From Pseudomonadales bacterium (lineage in GTDB: Bacteria > Pseudomonadota > Gammaproteobacteria > Pseudomonadales > CAWVSB01), in NCBI GenBank assembly GCA_046710535.1, contig JBKEHH010000003.1, forward strand, positions 187,969 through 251,968: DNA of 64,000 nt, written 5' to 3'. Both the position numbers and the translations under genes were made by a program. Positions 10,155 through 19,459 of this stretch are shown piece by piece (position 1 is the stretch's first letter; each line of letters starts with the position of its first letter). The notes beneath the pieces are model-generated. The model was not told the DNA's origin. It saw only the letters and a program-made list of their open reading frames with translations, and did not search any database.

Positions 10155-10316
10155 AAACGACTCTATGAATAAGTGAATTCAACAATTGTAAATTTAACCG
10201 ACAACACTAAATTTTTCTTATAGCGGCTAATAGTAGAATACTACTAGATATCGAAATGATATTGAGTCACCAACGCGACAGTGAGGCGCGACTAACCGCT
10301 GGTAGCAATAATTCTT

Positions 10317-12455
10317 CTAACTGACCTTTCTAAGCTCAACACTATGACCATGCATAATGGCCTGACCACTTACTGGCTCAATATTGTCATTGCCGCCAGG
10401 AATAATATGGTTAATATTCTCACCGGGAGCCTGCTGAGCATTAACAACACCTGACGCTGCATGGCCCCAGCCATGGGGCACAACAACGACGCCCGGCATT
10501 ATGTGTTCGGTTATTTTTACCGGCAACTGCAGCTCACGATTATTGCCCGCCAAAACCACGATTTCACCATTACTAATATTTCGCTTTAGGGCATCCACTG
10601 GGTTTATTAATATGGCATTACTACTTTTATGCTTAATGAATGGCGAGTTGTGCATCCAACTGTTGTGAGTTTTACGTTCACGCTGGCCAATCAAGACTAA
10701 ATCTTTCTGTTGTAATAATCGTTGCTCTATATCAGCAAGCCGGCTCAAATCTGCCATTAATACCGGCGGCGTTAACTGCATTTTTTTATCACTGGTTGGT
10801 ACCTTCGCGCCCAAAAAAGCGCCAAATGGCGTCGCGGGCAACGGTATCCCTTGGGGCATTTCTCGCAATTGCTTTAATGTTGTACGCCCACCTTTTTTTA
10901 GTAACAATGCCAAAATGCGGTCGGGGGTTAGACGTAAATCACCAGGCAACCAATTTAACCAACGATTAATATGTGCCAATGCATTACAGCTAGTCAGGGC
11001 AAAAGGAGACGCGCCGCAGGCTATGGCCAAATCGCTGAGTATTTCCCATTCTTCGCGGCGCTCAAATTTTGGTGCAACAACGCGCTTGGTGTATTGGGTG
11101 TAGGGCGTTGCGCGCAGGCTAGTCCATGATATCGGAAAGTCCGAGCGTTCCAGCATATCGGTTGCGGGCAAAATATAGTCGGCATACATTGCCGTTTCAT
11201 TTTGATAAATATCTATCGATACAACAAGCTCCAACTCTGCCATTGCGGCCGCCATACTATCACCGGGAATTGAATGGACAGGATTGCCTGCCAGTACAAA
11301 CAAGGCTCTAATTTTCTCTGGGTGGTCTATCAAAATCTCATCAGCTAAGGCATTAGATGGAAAACACGACGCCACTTTACCCCAACCATCTTGCAGTGTG
11401 CTGCCAGCTTCTTCGCCGCCAATACCGATATCTTCCGCCAACTGTACTGCATCGAATGGCCCTTGCGAAAATACCAGTCCACCTTTGCTATCTAAGTTAC
11501 CGCTAAGCAAACTCAGCCCTTGAATAAGCCAATAGCAAATACTGCCAAATGGACCCATGTTGACCCCCGTCGACATATACAGCACCGCACCATCGGCAGT
11601 GAAGTATTGCCGCGCTAACTCGCAAATATTATCGGCGCTAATACCGGTCAACTCGGCGCAACGCTGCGGCGTCCACTCTTTGCCAATGGCAATAAATGCC
11701 TCAATATCATTGGCCGCATAATCATATTGGCTCACGTCAGGAAAGTATTGCTCAGCCATAATATTTAACATCGCTAGCAACAAATAAACGTCACTAGAGG
11801 GGCGAATAAAAACATGCTGACCTACTTTCTCGGCTGTTTCGGTTTTACGCGGATCGACAATAATCACCTTACCACCACGTTGTTCTATTTTCTGCAGCTC
11901 TCCTAAAGCATTAGGAATCAATAAAAAAGACATCTGACTAACAACAGGGTTACTACCTAAACACATAAAGAACTGCGTGTTGTCAAAATCTGGCACCGGA
12001 TGAACCATTGATCGACCATAGACCTTGGTGGCGGTAAACAGCTTATTGTTCACATCAATTGAATGGGATGAAAATAAATTGGGGGATCCAATCGACTTTA
12101 AAAAATCATGGACAAACATCACGCTTTTAAAGTTAAAGAAATTCGGGTTACCGGCATACATGGCAATAGAGCGTGGACTATGAGTAGTGGCAAGCGCTTT
12201 AACTTTAACGCCAATCTCTGCAATCGTTTGTGGCCAACTTATCTGCTGCCAACTATCACCTACCTTTTTCAAGGGATGGTTTAACCGCTGACTATCGTGA
12301 TGAATTGCGTCTAAGCCAATACCTTTAATACAGGCATAGCCGCGTGATACAGGGTGAGTTTTATCAGCCCTGATCTTTAAAATAGTTTCGGTATTGCTAT
12401 CAACATCGATGTCTAATCCACAATGTGCTTCACATATACGACAGTATGTTTTCAT
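10317..12455 (-). CDS. Molybdopterin-dependent oxidoreductase (DMSO reductase superfamily), substrate unknown
   Basis: N-terminal CRICEAHCG...C [4Fe-4S] motif; 'GSNPVVS', 'VDPRKTETA', 'ADYILPA', C-terminal 'HNSWMHN', 'PHGWGH'. Confidence 0.9.
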   Translation of the reverse strand: MKTYCRICEAHCGLDIDVDSNTETILKIRADKTHPVSRGYACIKGIGLDAIHHDSQRLNHPLKKVGDSWQQISWPQTIAEIGVKVKALATTHSPRSIAMYAGNPNFFNFKSVMFVHDFLKSIGSPNLFSSHSIDVNNKLFTATKVYGRSMVHPVPDFDNTQFFMCLGSNPVVSQMSFLLIPNALGELQKIEQRGGKVIIVDPRKTETAEKVGQHVFIRPSSDVYLLLAMLNIMAEQYFPDVSQYDYAANDIEAFIAIGKEWTPQRCAELTGISADNICELARQYFTADGAVLYMSTGVNMGPFGSICYWLIQGLSLLSGNLDSKGGLVFSQGPFDAVQLAEDIGIGGEEAGSTLQDGWGKVASCFPSNALADEILIDHPEKIRALFVLAGNPVHSIPGDSMAAAMAELELVVSIDIYQNETAMYADYILPATDMLERSDFPISWTSLRATPYTQYTKRVVAPKFERREEWEILSDLAIACGASPFALTSCNALAHINRWLNWLPGDLRLTPDRILALLLKKGGRTTLKQLREMPQGIPLPATPFGAFLGAKVPTSDKKMQLTPPVLMADLSRLADIEQRLLQQKDLVLIGQRERKTHNSWMHNSPFIKHKSSNAILINPVDALKRNISNGEIVVLAGNNRELQLPVKITEHIMPGVVVVPHGWGHAASGVVNAQQAPGENINHIIPGGNDNIEPVSGQAIMHGHSVELRKVS

Positions 12456-12549
12456 CGCTCCCCCAGTCTAGTATCACTTTAGGCATCACCACTTAACGGT
12501 AGCGCAGCGACGTAAATTTTATTGTTGAAGCTGGTTGGCGTGACGTTAT

Positions 12550-12864
12550 TTAACTAGCCAAATCAGCAATTGATATCTCATTAGCGTCATATATTTTCAT
12601 TATCGGCACGCTGTTAGCCAGGGCCGAAAGCGACTGCACAAAACCTTGCGACGCTGGCACCGCAAAGTGCGCAAGTAACGCTTGCCGGTCAGCCCACTGC
12701 TCAATAAAGCTCAGTTGTTGTGGGTTCTCATTATCAATTTGCACACAGTGGGATATACATCCGCGCTCTGCTCTAGAGCGCACCACATGCTCTTGGCTAA
12801 GCACCAATGCCTGCTCTAGCTTGCCGCCTTCAATTACTACACTGCCGGTTACAATAATCATCAT
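12550..12864 (-). CDS. Putative quinol monooxygenase (ABM domain)
   Basis: ~100 aa; 'SRAERGCISH', 'FIEQWADRQALLAHF'. Confidence 0.85.
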   Translation of the reverse strand: MMIIVTGSVVIEGGKLEQALVLSQEHVVRSRAERGCISHCVQIDNENPQQLSFIEQWADRQALLAHFAVPASQGFVQSLSALANSVPIMKIYDANEISIADLAS

Positions 12865-12910
12865 AAGCCCCTTACATTTCAGTACTTAATTATCAGCGAC
12901 TTTGTCTTAA

Positions 12911-14430
12911 TCAGCGAGTAGTTTCTGCAACATAAGCCGCTAAAGCCGCAATTTCATCACTACTGAGCTGAGCTCCAAACGAAGGCATAATGCCCACACC
13001 TTGGCTTACCGCCTGCGCAACTTGGGCCTCAGTTGGCTTTAGTACATTCAGATTAGGGCCTACCGCGCCCTGACTACCAGCGTCAGCTAAGGTATGGCAA
13101 ACGCCACAGTTTGGCTGTGCTTTAGCTAAATAGATGTCTTTCCCCTCCAGTGCTTTGGCAGACAGTTTAGTTGGTGTTTTCACCACCGCTGCTACCACTG
13201 TGGCAGCCATTGCAGCCACCTTTTTAGGTGCTGGCACAAACTTAGGTAACTCACTCACCACGTTAATCTCTAAGCCAGCATCCTCCCAACTGGTATTACC
13301 ATAACCGCGATGATTCTCTTTGCGTTTTTGAGGTTGCATAGCGCCAGCCATATCTGTCGCCCGTGAAACATAACGAGTCTTACCTAAGGACAAATCTACC
13401 TCGTGCTTAAACGTGCGCCAAGCATCCACGCCGAGATCTGGTCCAACTAATTCGGCTGGCTCCCAGCTTCTTCCATGGTCAGCAGACACTTCTACTTTTT
13501 TAATCCCACGTTCACCAGAAAATGCTACCCCGTACACATAATGACGGCCGGGCAGCACTGGCGTGTCATCTGCGCCGGGACCATTAATCCACGACTTCAC
13601 CTCCATGCGCCACATAGATGGATGCTGCGGCCCGCCGCTTTCGCCAATGTCACGATCGCGATAGCCGGTTTGCTGAATTTCAGCAGCGGACTCTGCCGGC
13701 GTAGCCGCTAGCTTTTTAACCCACTTAACATTGTTAACGCCATAGTAGCCCGGCACAATTAAGCGCAATGGGTCAACGATATTGGGGCGCCATTCATTTC
13801 CCACGCCAACATGCAGTCTTTTAAGCCCTTTTCTAACAATACTGAACGCTGTACCGCTACTTGATCAAAATCTATGCCTGCCGGAATTGTTTCACCACCG
13901 GTTGTGGTCAAAAACTTAAGGCCGTCTTTTACGCCACCGAACAGTTCAAACACATCGCTAACTAAAACTCCTGTCCACAGCGCACAACCCGCAGCGCCAA
14001 TACTCCATTGCGAACCTGAAGGTTTATGCGGGGAAAACGCTCGACCATTCCCGGAGCACTGCAATACAGTCGCCACAGTGCTAGTATTCATTCGTTTTAG
14101 CTCTAATAAACTTAGGCTACCAGTTCTTTCTGCGCCCGCTACCTCAAAGCGCCAACCATCTCTATTTTCAATAATCGCGGCATCAGGCATAGGTAAATTA
14201 TTGCGCACAAAAAAATGTGACTCAGGCGTAATAGGACTAAAACCAAAGCTAGAGCGCATGGTTTCTAAAGCCCAAGGCCGTTCACTATGAATGAGAAAAG
14301 TGGCTTCTTCTTTGCTGCGAGGCATGGGCCGGGTTAGTGCTGCCGACGCAGCCCAACGCAGTGGCGCTGCTACCATTGCGCTAGTACCTGCTAATGCTTT
14401 GATCATAAAACGACGATTAAAGTGAGCCAT
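12911..14430 (-). pseudogene. Frameshifted sulfite oxidase-family (SorT-like) Mo enzyme fused to C-terminal cytochrome c (SorU-like)
   Basis: Tat-like 'NRRFMIK', 'FFVRNN', Mo-ligand 'LQCSGNGR', 'LAWEMNG' in ORF 13759-14475; 'PLRLIVPGYYGVNNVKWV', dimerisation domain and CGVCH heme motif in ORF 12911-13804; frame break near 13770. Confidence 0.85.
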
Positions 14431-14567
14431 CGGTAAATCCATCTTGTTATTATTAACTATGCCTGCCGACAACAATAAGACCGACTATATTCATTTCAGT
14501 ATAGGTGAGCGCACCAATAACCGATATGCAAAATCCGCATTACAATCAACTCTATTTTAATGTTGCC

Positions 14568-16310
14568 CTAGCGTACGCCAGTGTCATTTACCGCTAAATC
14601 TGTCCATGCTTGATAATGACTAAGATAAACCTTGCCCGATAATTTATCTAAAAAATCTGTCTGTTTAAGCCGATCTAATACCGGCCCCTTAATTTCTGAC
14701 AGATGAAATTTTATACCAGCCGCAATTAACAGTTGATTAATAGAGTTAAGGCTCTCTAAACCCGTGCTGTCGATTTTATTAATTGCCGAACACAATAGGA
14801 CAAAGTGTTTAGCACATGCATGCTCTGCAACCAAAGCATTCACCTTGTCTTCAAGAAAACGTGCATTGGCAAAATACAAACTTTCGTCAACCCGAAAACT
14901 AACAAACTGTTCGCACTGCTCCACCTCATGTCTATCTATATTACGAAAATGCTCTGTTCCCGGTACTTTACCCAACACTGCAATATGAGGATTACTTGAA
15001 TTGTATAAGTGTAAAACAATTGCCAGGATTACGCCGCTAATCAAACCTAGCTCAACGCCTTGGGCTAAGGTAATAACAACGGTTAACAACCATGCTGCAA
15101 AATCTTGCCTACTATAGCGCCAAGTGCGCCTCATCGCGTCAAAGTCAATCAAGGAGGTCACTGCCAACATTATCATCGCCGCTAAAGTGGCTATAGGAAG
15201 GTAGTAAAGTGCAGAGGTAAAAAACACTGCAGTAACACCAACACCAACTGCGCCAAAGGCTCCTGCTGCGGGGGTTCTGGCGCCGGCATTAAAGCTGACA
15301 GCCGACCGCGATAAACTAGCAGACAAGGGAAACGCACCCGATATACCCGATGCTAAATTAGCCATGCCCAAGCCAATCGCCTCCTGGTTGGGATCAATTC
15401 TTTCGCGTCTTTTTGCGGCAAAGGACTGGGCTACTGACAAGGCGCTAACATAACCAATAATACTAATTAATACTGCTGAGGTAAGTAGGCTTTTCCAGGT
15501 TGCAACATCCCACTCTAAATTTTTCCATGCAGCTATTTGTAAGGTGGGCAAACCCTGGGGAATACTACCAACGATGGCAACACCTTGTTTATCTAAAGTA
15601 AAAAATTGAACTAAAAATATCGACAGTATAATTACAATAATCGGAGTGCTCTTGGAAAGAAATATTGCCCAAGGCTCGGCGCAACCAAACGCCATCGCTA
15701 AGCGCTTGATACCAGCAGGCATCAACCAAAGTAATAAATATGCCACTACACCTATTAGTACGGTGTGTCAGTTTATATAGTCAATCTGCGACAACAAGCT
15801 AGCCAGTAAAGCCAACAAACTACCACCGCTACTATGCACGCCTAATAGATGGCCGAACTGGCTCACCATAATCACTAGCGCTGACGCAGAAATAAAACCA
15901 GATACCACCGGAAAACTCAAAAAATTGCTCAATAAGCCCAATCGGAGCAAACCAAACAGTAGTAATAATGTACCACTCATCAGCGCCAGTATGACAGCAC
16001 CGGCTAGATAGTTTACTAAGTTTCCGTCAGGAAATACCGCCGCCAAAGCAGACGCTGTCATAATTGAAGATATTGCAAATGGTCCAACAGATAGGGCGCT
16101 ACTGGTACCAAAGACGGCATAAATCATTAACGGGAAGATACTGGCATACAAACCCAACTGTGGCGGCAAGCCTGCTAATAGCGCATAAGCCAGCGATTGC
16201 GGCACTAACATCATGGCAATAAGAATAGCCGCGACAACATCATCTCTGAATAAATCTAGTTGGTAGTTTTGACCCCAATCTAAGATTGGGAAAAACTTTT
16301 TCACTGACAT
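14568..16310 (-). pseudogene. SulP family anion/sulfate transporter with in-frame nonsense codon
   Basis: 'PQSLAYALLAGLPPQLGLYAS' in 5' part, 'SLSRSAV' and STAS domain 'RVDESLYFANA' in 3' part; both ORFs in the same frame separated by one TGA at 15770-15768. Confidence 0.88.
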
Positions 16311-16335
16311 CCCATTATCCTTAAACATTTTTTTA

Positions 16336-16812
16336 CTAATGAGTATTGATGGCTATTGTTGCAAATAAACCCGCCGCTAGCTTTTGTAGATCGGCCGAAT
16401 TTAGTTCTATTTCTAAACCTCTGCGCCCAGCACTAATATAAATAGTTTCGAAATCTCTAGCCGACCGGTCTATAACCGTCTTCAACTGTCTCTTCTGCCC
16501 CAATGGGCTAACCCCACCAAGTACATAACCCGTGGCGCGCTCCACCTCAGCCATATCAGCCATGACCGCCTTTTTTGCGCCGACTGCTTTAGCCATTAGC
16601 TTCATGCTTAAAATAGACGACACCGGTAAGATCCCCACCACTAAGGAATCATCATTGAGCCTTACTACAAGCGTTTTAAAAACTCTGGATTCACTAACCC
16701 CTAGCTTTTCAGCAGCCTCCAAGCCATAAGACTCGCTTGCCGCATCATGCTCATATTCATGCACGATGCGAGCGATTTTGTTCTTCTTAGCAAGTTCGAT
16801 TGCAGGGGTCAC
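16336..16812 (-). CDS. ybaK: Cys-tRNA(Pro) deacylase
   Basis: 'MTPAI', 'VFKTLV', 'TGYVLGGVSPLGQK', 'SAGRRGLEIEL'. Confidence 0.95.
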   Translation of the reverse strand: MTPAIELAKKNKIARIVHEYEHDAASESYGLEAAEKLGVSESRVFKTLVVRLNDDSLVVGILPVSSILSMKLMAKAVGAKKAVMADMAEVERATGYVLGGVSPLGQKRQLKTVIDRSARDFETIYISAGRRGLEIELNSADLQKLAAGLFATIAINTH

Positions 16813-17332
16813 TAGTCATTTCTTGGTTAACAAATATCAACTCATCGGCATTATAGCCATATTCAGTTATTGTTTTAACAAAACGCTGTTTAAGCTCGTC
16901 GCTGACAGCTGGAGTGCGCGATAAAAACCACAATGTATTCTCACCACCGGTTACCCAAGCATATTGATAGTCAGCTTGGTCTAACTCAAAAATAATGTAA
17001 TCACCAAAAAAGAAGGCGAAAAAAGAAACCTCTAAATGACCGATATCTATGCCAGCAGCAAAACGCGCCTTACCAACAGCATCACTCCACTCTTTGTCAG
17101 CAATACTCCAACCACGATTGGCAACCTTTACTATGCCGTTGTCGTCAATCGAATAGGTCGCCGACACTTGCTCTAAACCACGCTCAAACCGATGATCTAA
17201 TCTAGCGATTTCATACCATTGGCCCATGTATTTGGCTAATTCGAAATTATTAACGGGTTTGATATTTTCAGGAATTGCCGTACATCCAGCCAAACAAGCG
17301 AATAGCAAAACAGCCCCTATCAATTTCATCAT
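16787..17332 (-). CDS. blc: Outer membrane lipocalin lipoprotein
   Basis: LAGC lipobox; 'YMGQWYEIARLDHRFERGL', 'LWFLSRTP'; start 17332 after GGAGAG. Confidence 0.9.
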   Translation of the reverse strand: MMKLIGAVLLFACLAGCTAIPENIKPVNNFELAKYMGQWYEIARLDHRFERGLEQVSATYSIDDNGIVKVANRGWSIADKEWSDAVGKARFAAGIDIGHLEVSFFAFFFGDYIIFELDQADYQYAWVTGGENTLWFLSRTPAVSDELKQRFVKTITEYGYNADELIFVNQEMTSDPCNRTC

Positions 17333-17457
17333 AGTCTCTCCATATTTTATAAAAAGCACTCTACGGGGGATCACTAAAGTTGCCAACAAAAACAAGATTA
17401 GCACTGCCTTCCCTACTACCGTTATACTAGAGCCTAACCTAAAGATAAAAAACCTTT

Positions 17458-18651
17458 ATGACTAACAACGTAAAAGTAGACATAGCCATTATTGGCGGCG
17501 GTATTGCTGGTTTATGGCTATTGAATAGCTTGCAAGCCAAAGGCTATAGCGCGCTGTTGTTTGAAAAAAATGCCTTAGGTAGTGATCAAACCATTGCCAG
17601 CCAAGGAATGATTCATGGTGGGGTTAAATACGCCTTAAGCGGCGTATTATCTGGTGAAAGCGAAGCCATTGTTGACATGCCTGATCACTGGAAGGCCTGT
17701 TTAACGGGCGAAGCAGATGTAGACCTTAGAGATACAAAAGTACTAAGCGAAGAATTTTATATGTGGTCGGCTGGCAAGCTGGCATCAAAACTGACTACAT
17801 TTTTTGCCAGTAAAGCCTTACGCGGACGCATTGAGTCACTAAAAGCTAAAAACCATCCTGCCGTATTTTCGAACAAGCAATTTAAGGGCAGTGTTTATAA
17901 ACTGGTCGATGTTGTGCTTGATGCCCCGTCGCTAATTGCAAACTTACAAGCAAATGCCAAAGACAAAATTTTCAGCATAGACTGGAGTCGAAGCAAACTA
18001 GAAAGTATTGATGGCAACGCCAAGCTTTGTGTTAGTGGAATAGATATAGCCGCCAAAAAAGTGGTTTTCGCGGCAGGTAAAGGCAATGGCGATTTATTGG
18101 CAATGCTAAGGCTAGAACAACCAGCCATGCAATTGCGCCCACTGCGACAAGTTGTAATCAAACATAGCAATAATCATATGCTTTACGCCCATTGCATTGG
18201 TGCAAGTTTAAGTGCGTCACCACGCTTAACTATTTCTTCTCATCAATGCATTGATGGTAAAACGGCTTGGTATTTAGGTGGCGACTTATCCACTGCTGGC
18301 GTTGCGTTAAGTAGTGATCAGTTAATTGCTAAAGCCAAAACTGAAATTACCAAGTTATTCCCATGGTTAGATTGGAGTGATGCTGAGTGGGCAACACTCT
18401 ATGTAGACCGAGCGGAACCGCAACAAAAGGGCCTAGTAAAACCTGATAATGCTTTTGCCCAAAGCGCCAGTAAAGACGTTATCACCGTCTGGCCGACCAA
18501 ACTAACCTTAGCGCCTAGTCTAACGATTGAAGTCAGTAAAATTTTAGCTGATGACAACATTACGCCAAGCGTAGCCGAAAACATGCAATTACTTAGCCAG
18601 CTAGCAACACCTGATATTGCCAAGCCATGCTGGGAAACTTTATTTAAATGA
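17458..18651 (+). CDS. FAD-dependent oxidoreductase (LPS-locus associated)
   Basis: 'IIGGGIAGLW' Rossmann motif, 'QTIASQGMIHGGVKYAL', 'VDRAEP', 'WPTKLTLAP'. Confidence 0.85.
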   Translation: MTNNVKVDIAIIGGGIAGLWLLNSLQAKGYSALLFEKNALGSDQTIASQGMIHGGVKYALSGVLSGESEAIVDMPDHWKACLTGEADVDLRDTKVLSEEFYMWSAGKLASKLTTFFASKALRGRIESLKAKNHPAVFSNKQFKGSVYKLVDVVLDAPSLIANLQANAKDKIFSIDWSRSKLESIDGNAKLCVSGIDIAAKKVVFAAGKGNGDLLAMLRLEQPAMQLRPLRQVVIKHSNNHMLYAHCIGASLSASPRLTISSHQCIDGKTAWYLGGDLSTAGVALSSDQLIAKAKTEITKLFPWLDWSDAEWATLYVDRAEPQQKGLVKPDNAFAQSASKDVITVWPTKLTLAPSLTIEVSKILADDNITPSVAENMQLLSQLATPDIAKPCWETLFK

Positions 18652-19448
18652 GTTTAAAAGACTATCAGCGGCAAATAGCGGATACCGGGATTTATGTTAG
18701 CCCCATAGGTTTAGGTACAGTAAAGCTTGGCCGCGACCAAGGCGTAAAATACCCCGCCAGCTTTGTAATTCCGGATGATAAAACAGCGCTAGAATTATTA
18801 GCTGTGGCCAAAGACTGCAGTATTAATTTAATAGATACTGCTCCTGCTTATGGCATAAGCGAACAGCGCCTTGGTAAATTACTAAAAGGACAGCGCGACG
18901 ACTGGGTTATTTGCAGTAAAGTAGGCGAAGAGTTTATCGACGGAAAATCGCATTTCGACTTTACCCCAGAGCATACTCACACCAGTATTTTGCGTAGCCT
19001 TAGCCGACTAAATACCGATGTTATCGATATGGTATTGGTGCATTCTGATGGCAATGACGAACACATTATTAATCACTATGGCACCTTAGAAGTGCTGCGA
19101 GACTTAAAACAAAAAGGCCTAATAAGAGCTTTTGGCATGTCGACTAAAACAGTAGCCGGTGGCTTATTAGCAGCAGAAAAAAGTGATTGTGTAATGATGA
19201 CTCACAATCTGGACTATCAAGATGATGCTGCTGTTTTAGATTATTGCGCGGTCAACAATAAAGGCGTATTAATTAAAAAAGCCTTAGGCTCTGGCCATGC
19301 TTGTTTAAATAATGACGATACAGTGCAAGCAAATTTAGATTTCATTTTTCAGCATGCTGCGGTCAGTAGTGTAATTATTGGCACAATTAACACCACTCAC
19401 TTAATTGAAAACAGCCGCAAAGCACTTGCTGCATGTCGAAAAACCTGA
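18648..19448 (+). CDS. Aldo/keto reductase
   Basis: 'IGLGTVKLGR', 'IDTAPAYGISE', 'SKVGEEF', 'VLVHSDG'; ATGA overlap with upstream gene. Confidence 0.9.
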   Translation: MSLKDYQRQIADTGIYVSPIGLGTVKLGRDQGVKYPASFVIPDDKTALELLAVAKDCSINLIDTAPAYGISEQRLGKLLKGQRDDWVICSKVGEEFIDGKSHFDFTPEHTHTSILRSLSRLNTDVIDMVLVHSDGNDEHIINHYGTLEVLRDLKQKGLIRAFGMSTKTVAGGLLAAEKSDCVMMTHNLDYQDDAAVLDYCAVNNKGVLIKKALGSGHACLNNDDTVQANLDFIFQHAAVSSVIIGTINTTHLIENSRKALAACRKT

Positions 19449-19459
19449 CTCTTTTAAAG

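Noticed and set aside
13759-13804. Programmed ribosomal frameshift in the sulfite dehydrogenase
   Set aside because: No slippery heptamer, and conserved residues (GG of HGGP) are physically missing, which a frameshift could not restore.
14526-14540. ATGC-N7-GCAT LysR-like box upstream of the sulfite dehydrogenase
   Set aside because: A 4-bp arm is too short to distinguish from chance, and no LysR gene is nearby.
15768-15770. Selenocysteine or genetic-code-4/25 readthrough of the SulP TGA
   Set aside because: The position is best explained as Trp, not Cys; no SECIS-like hairpin was evident, and TGA terminates many intact genes in the window.
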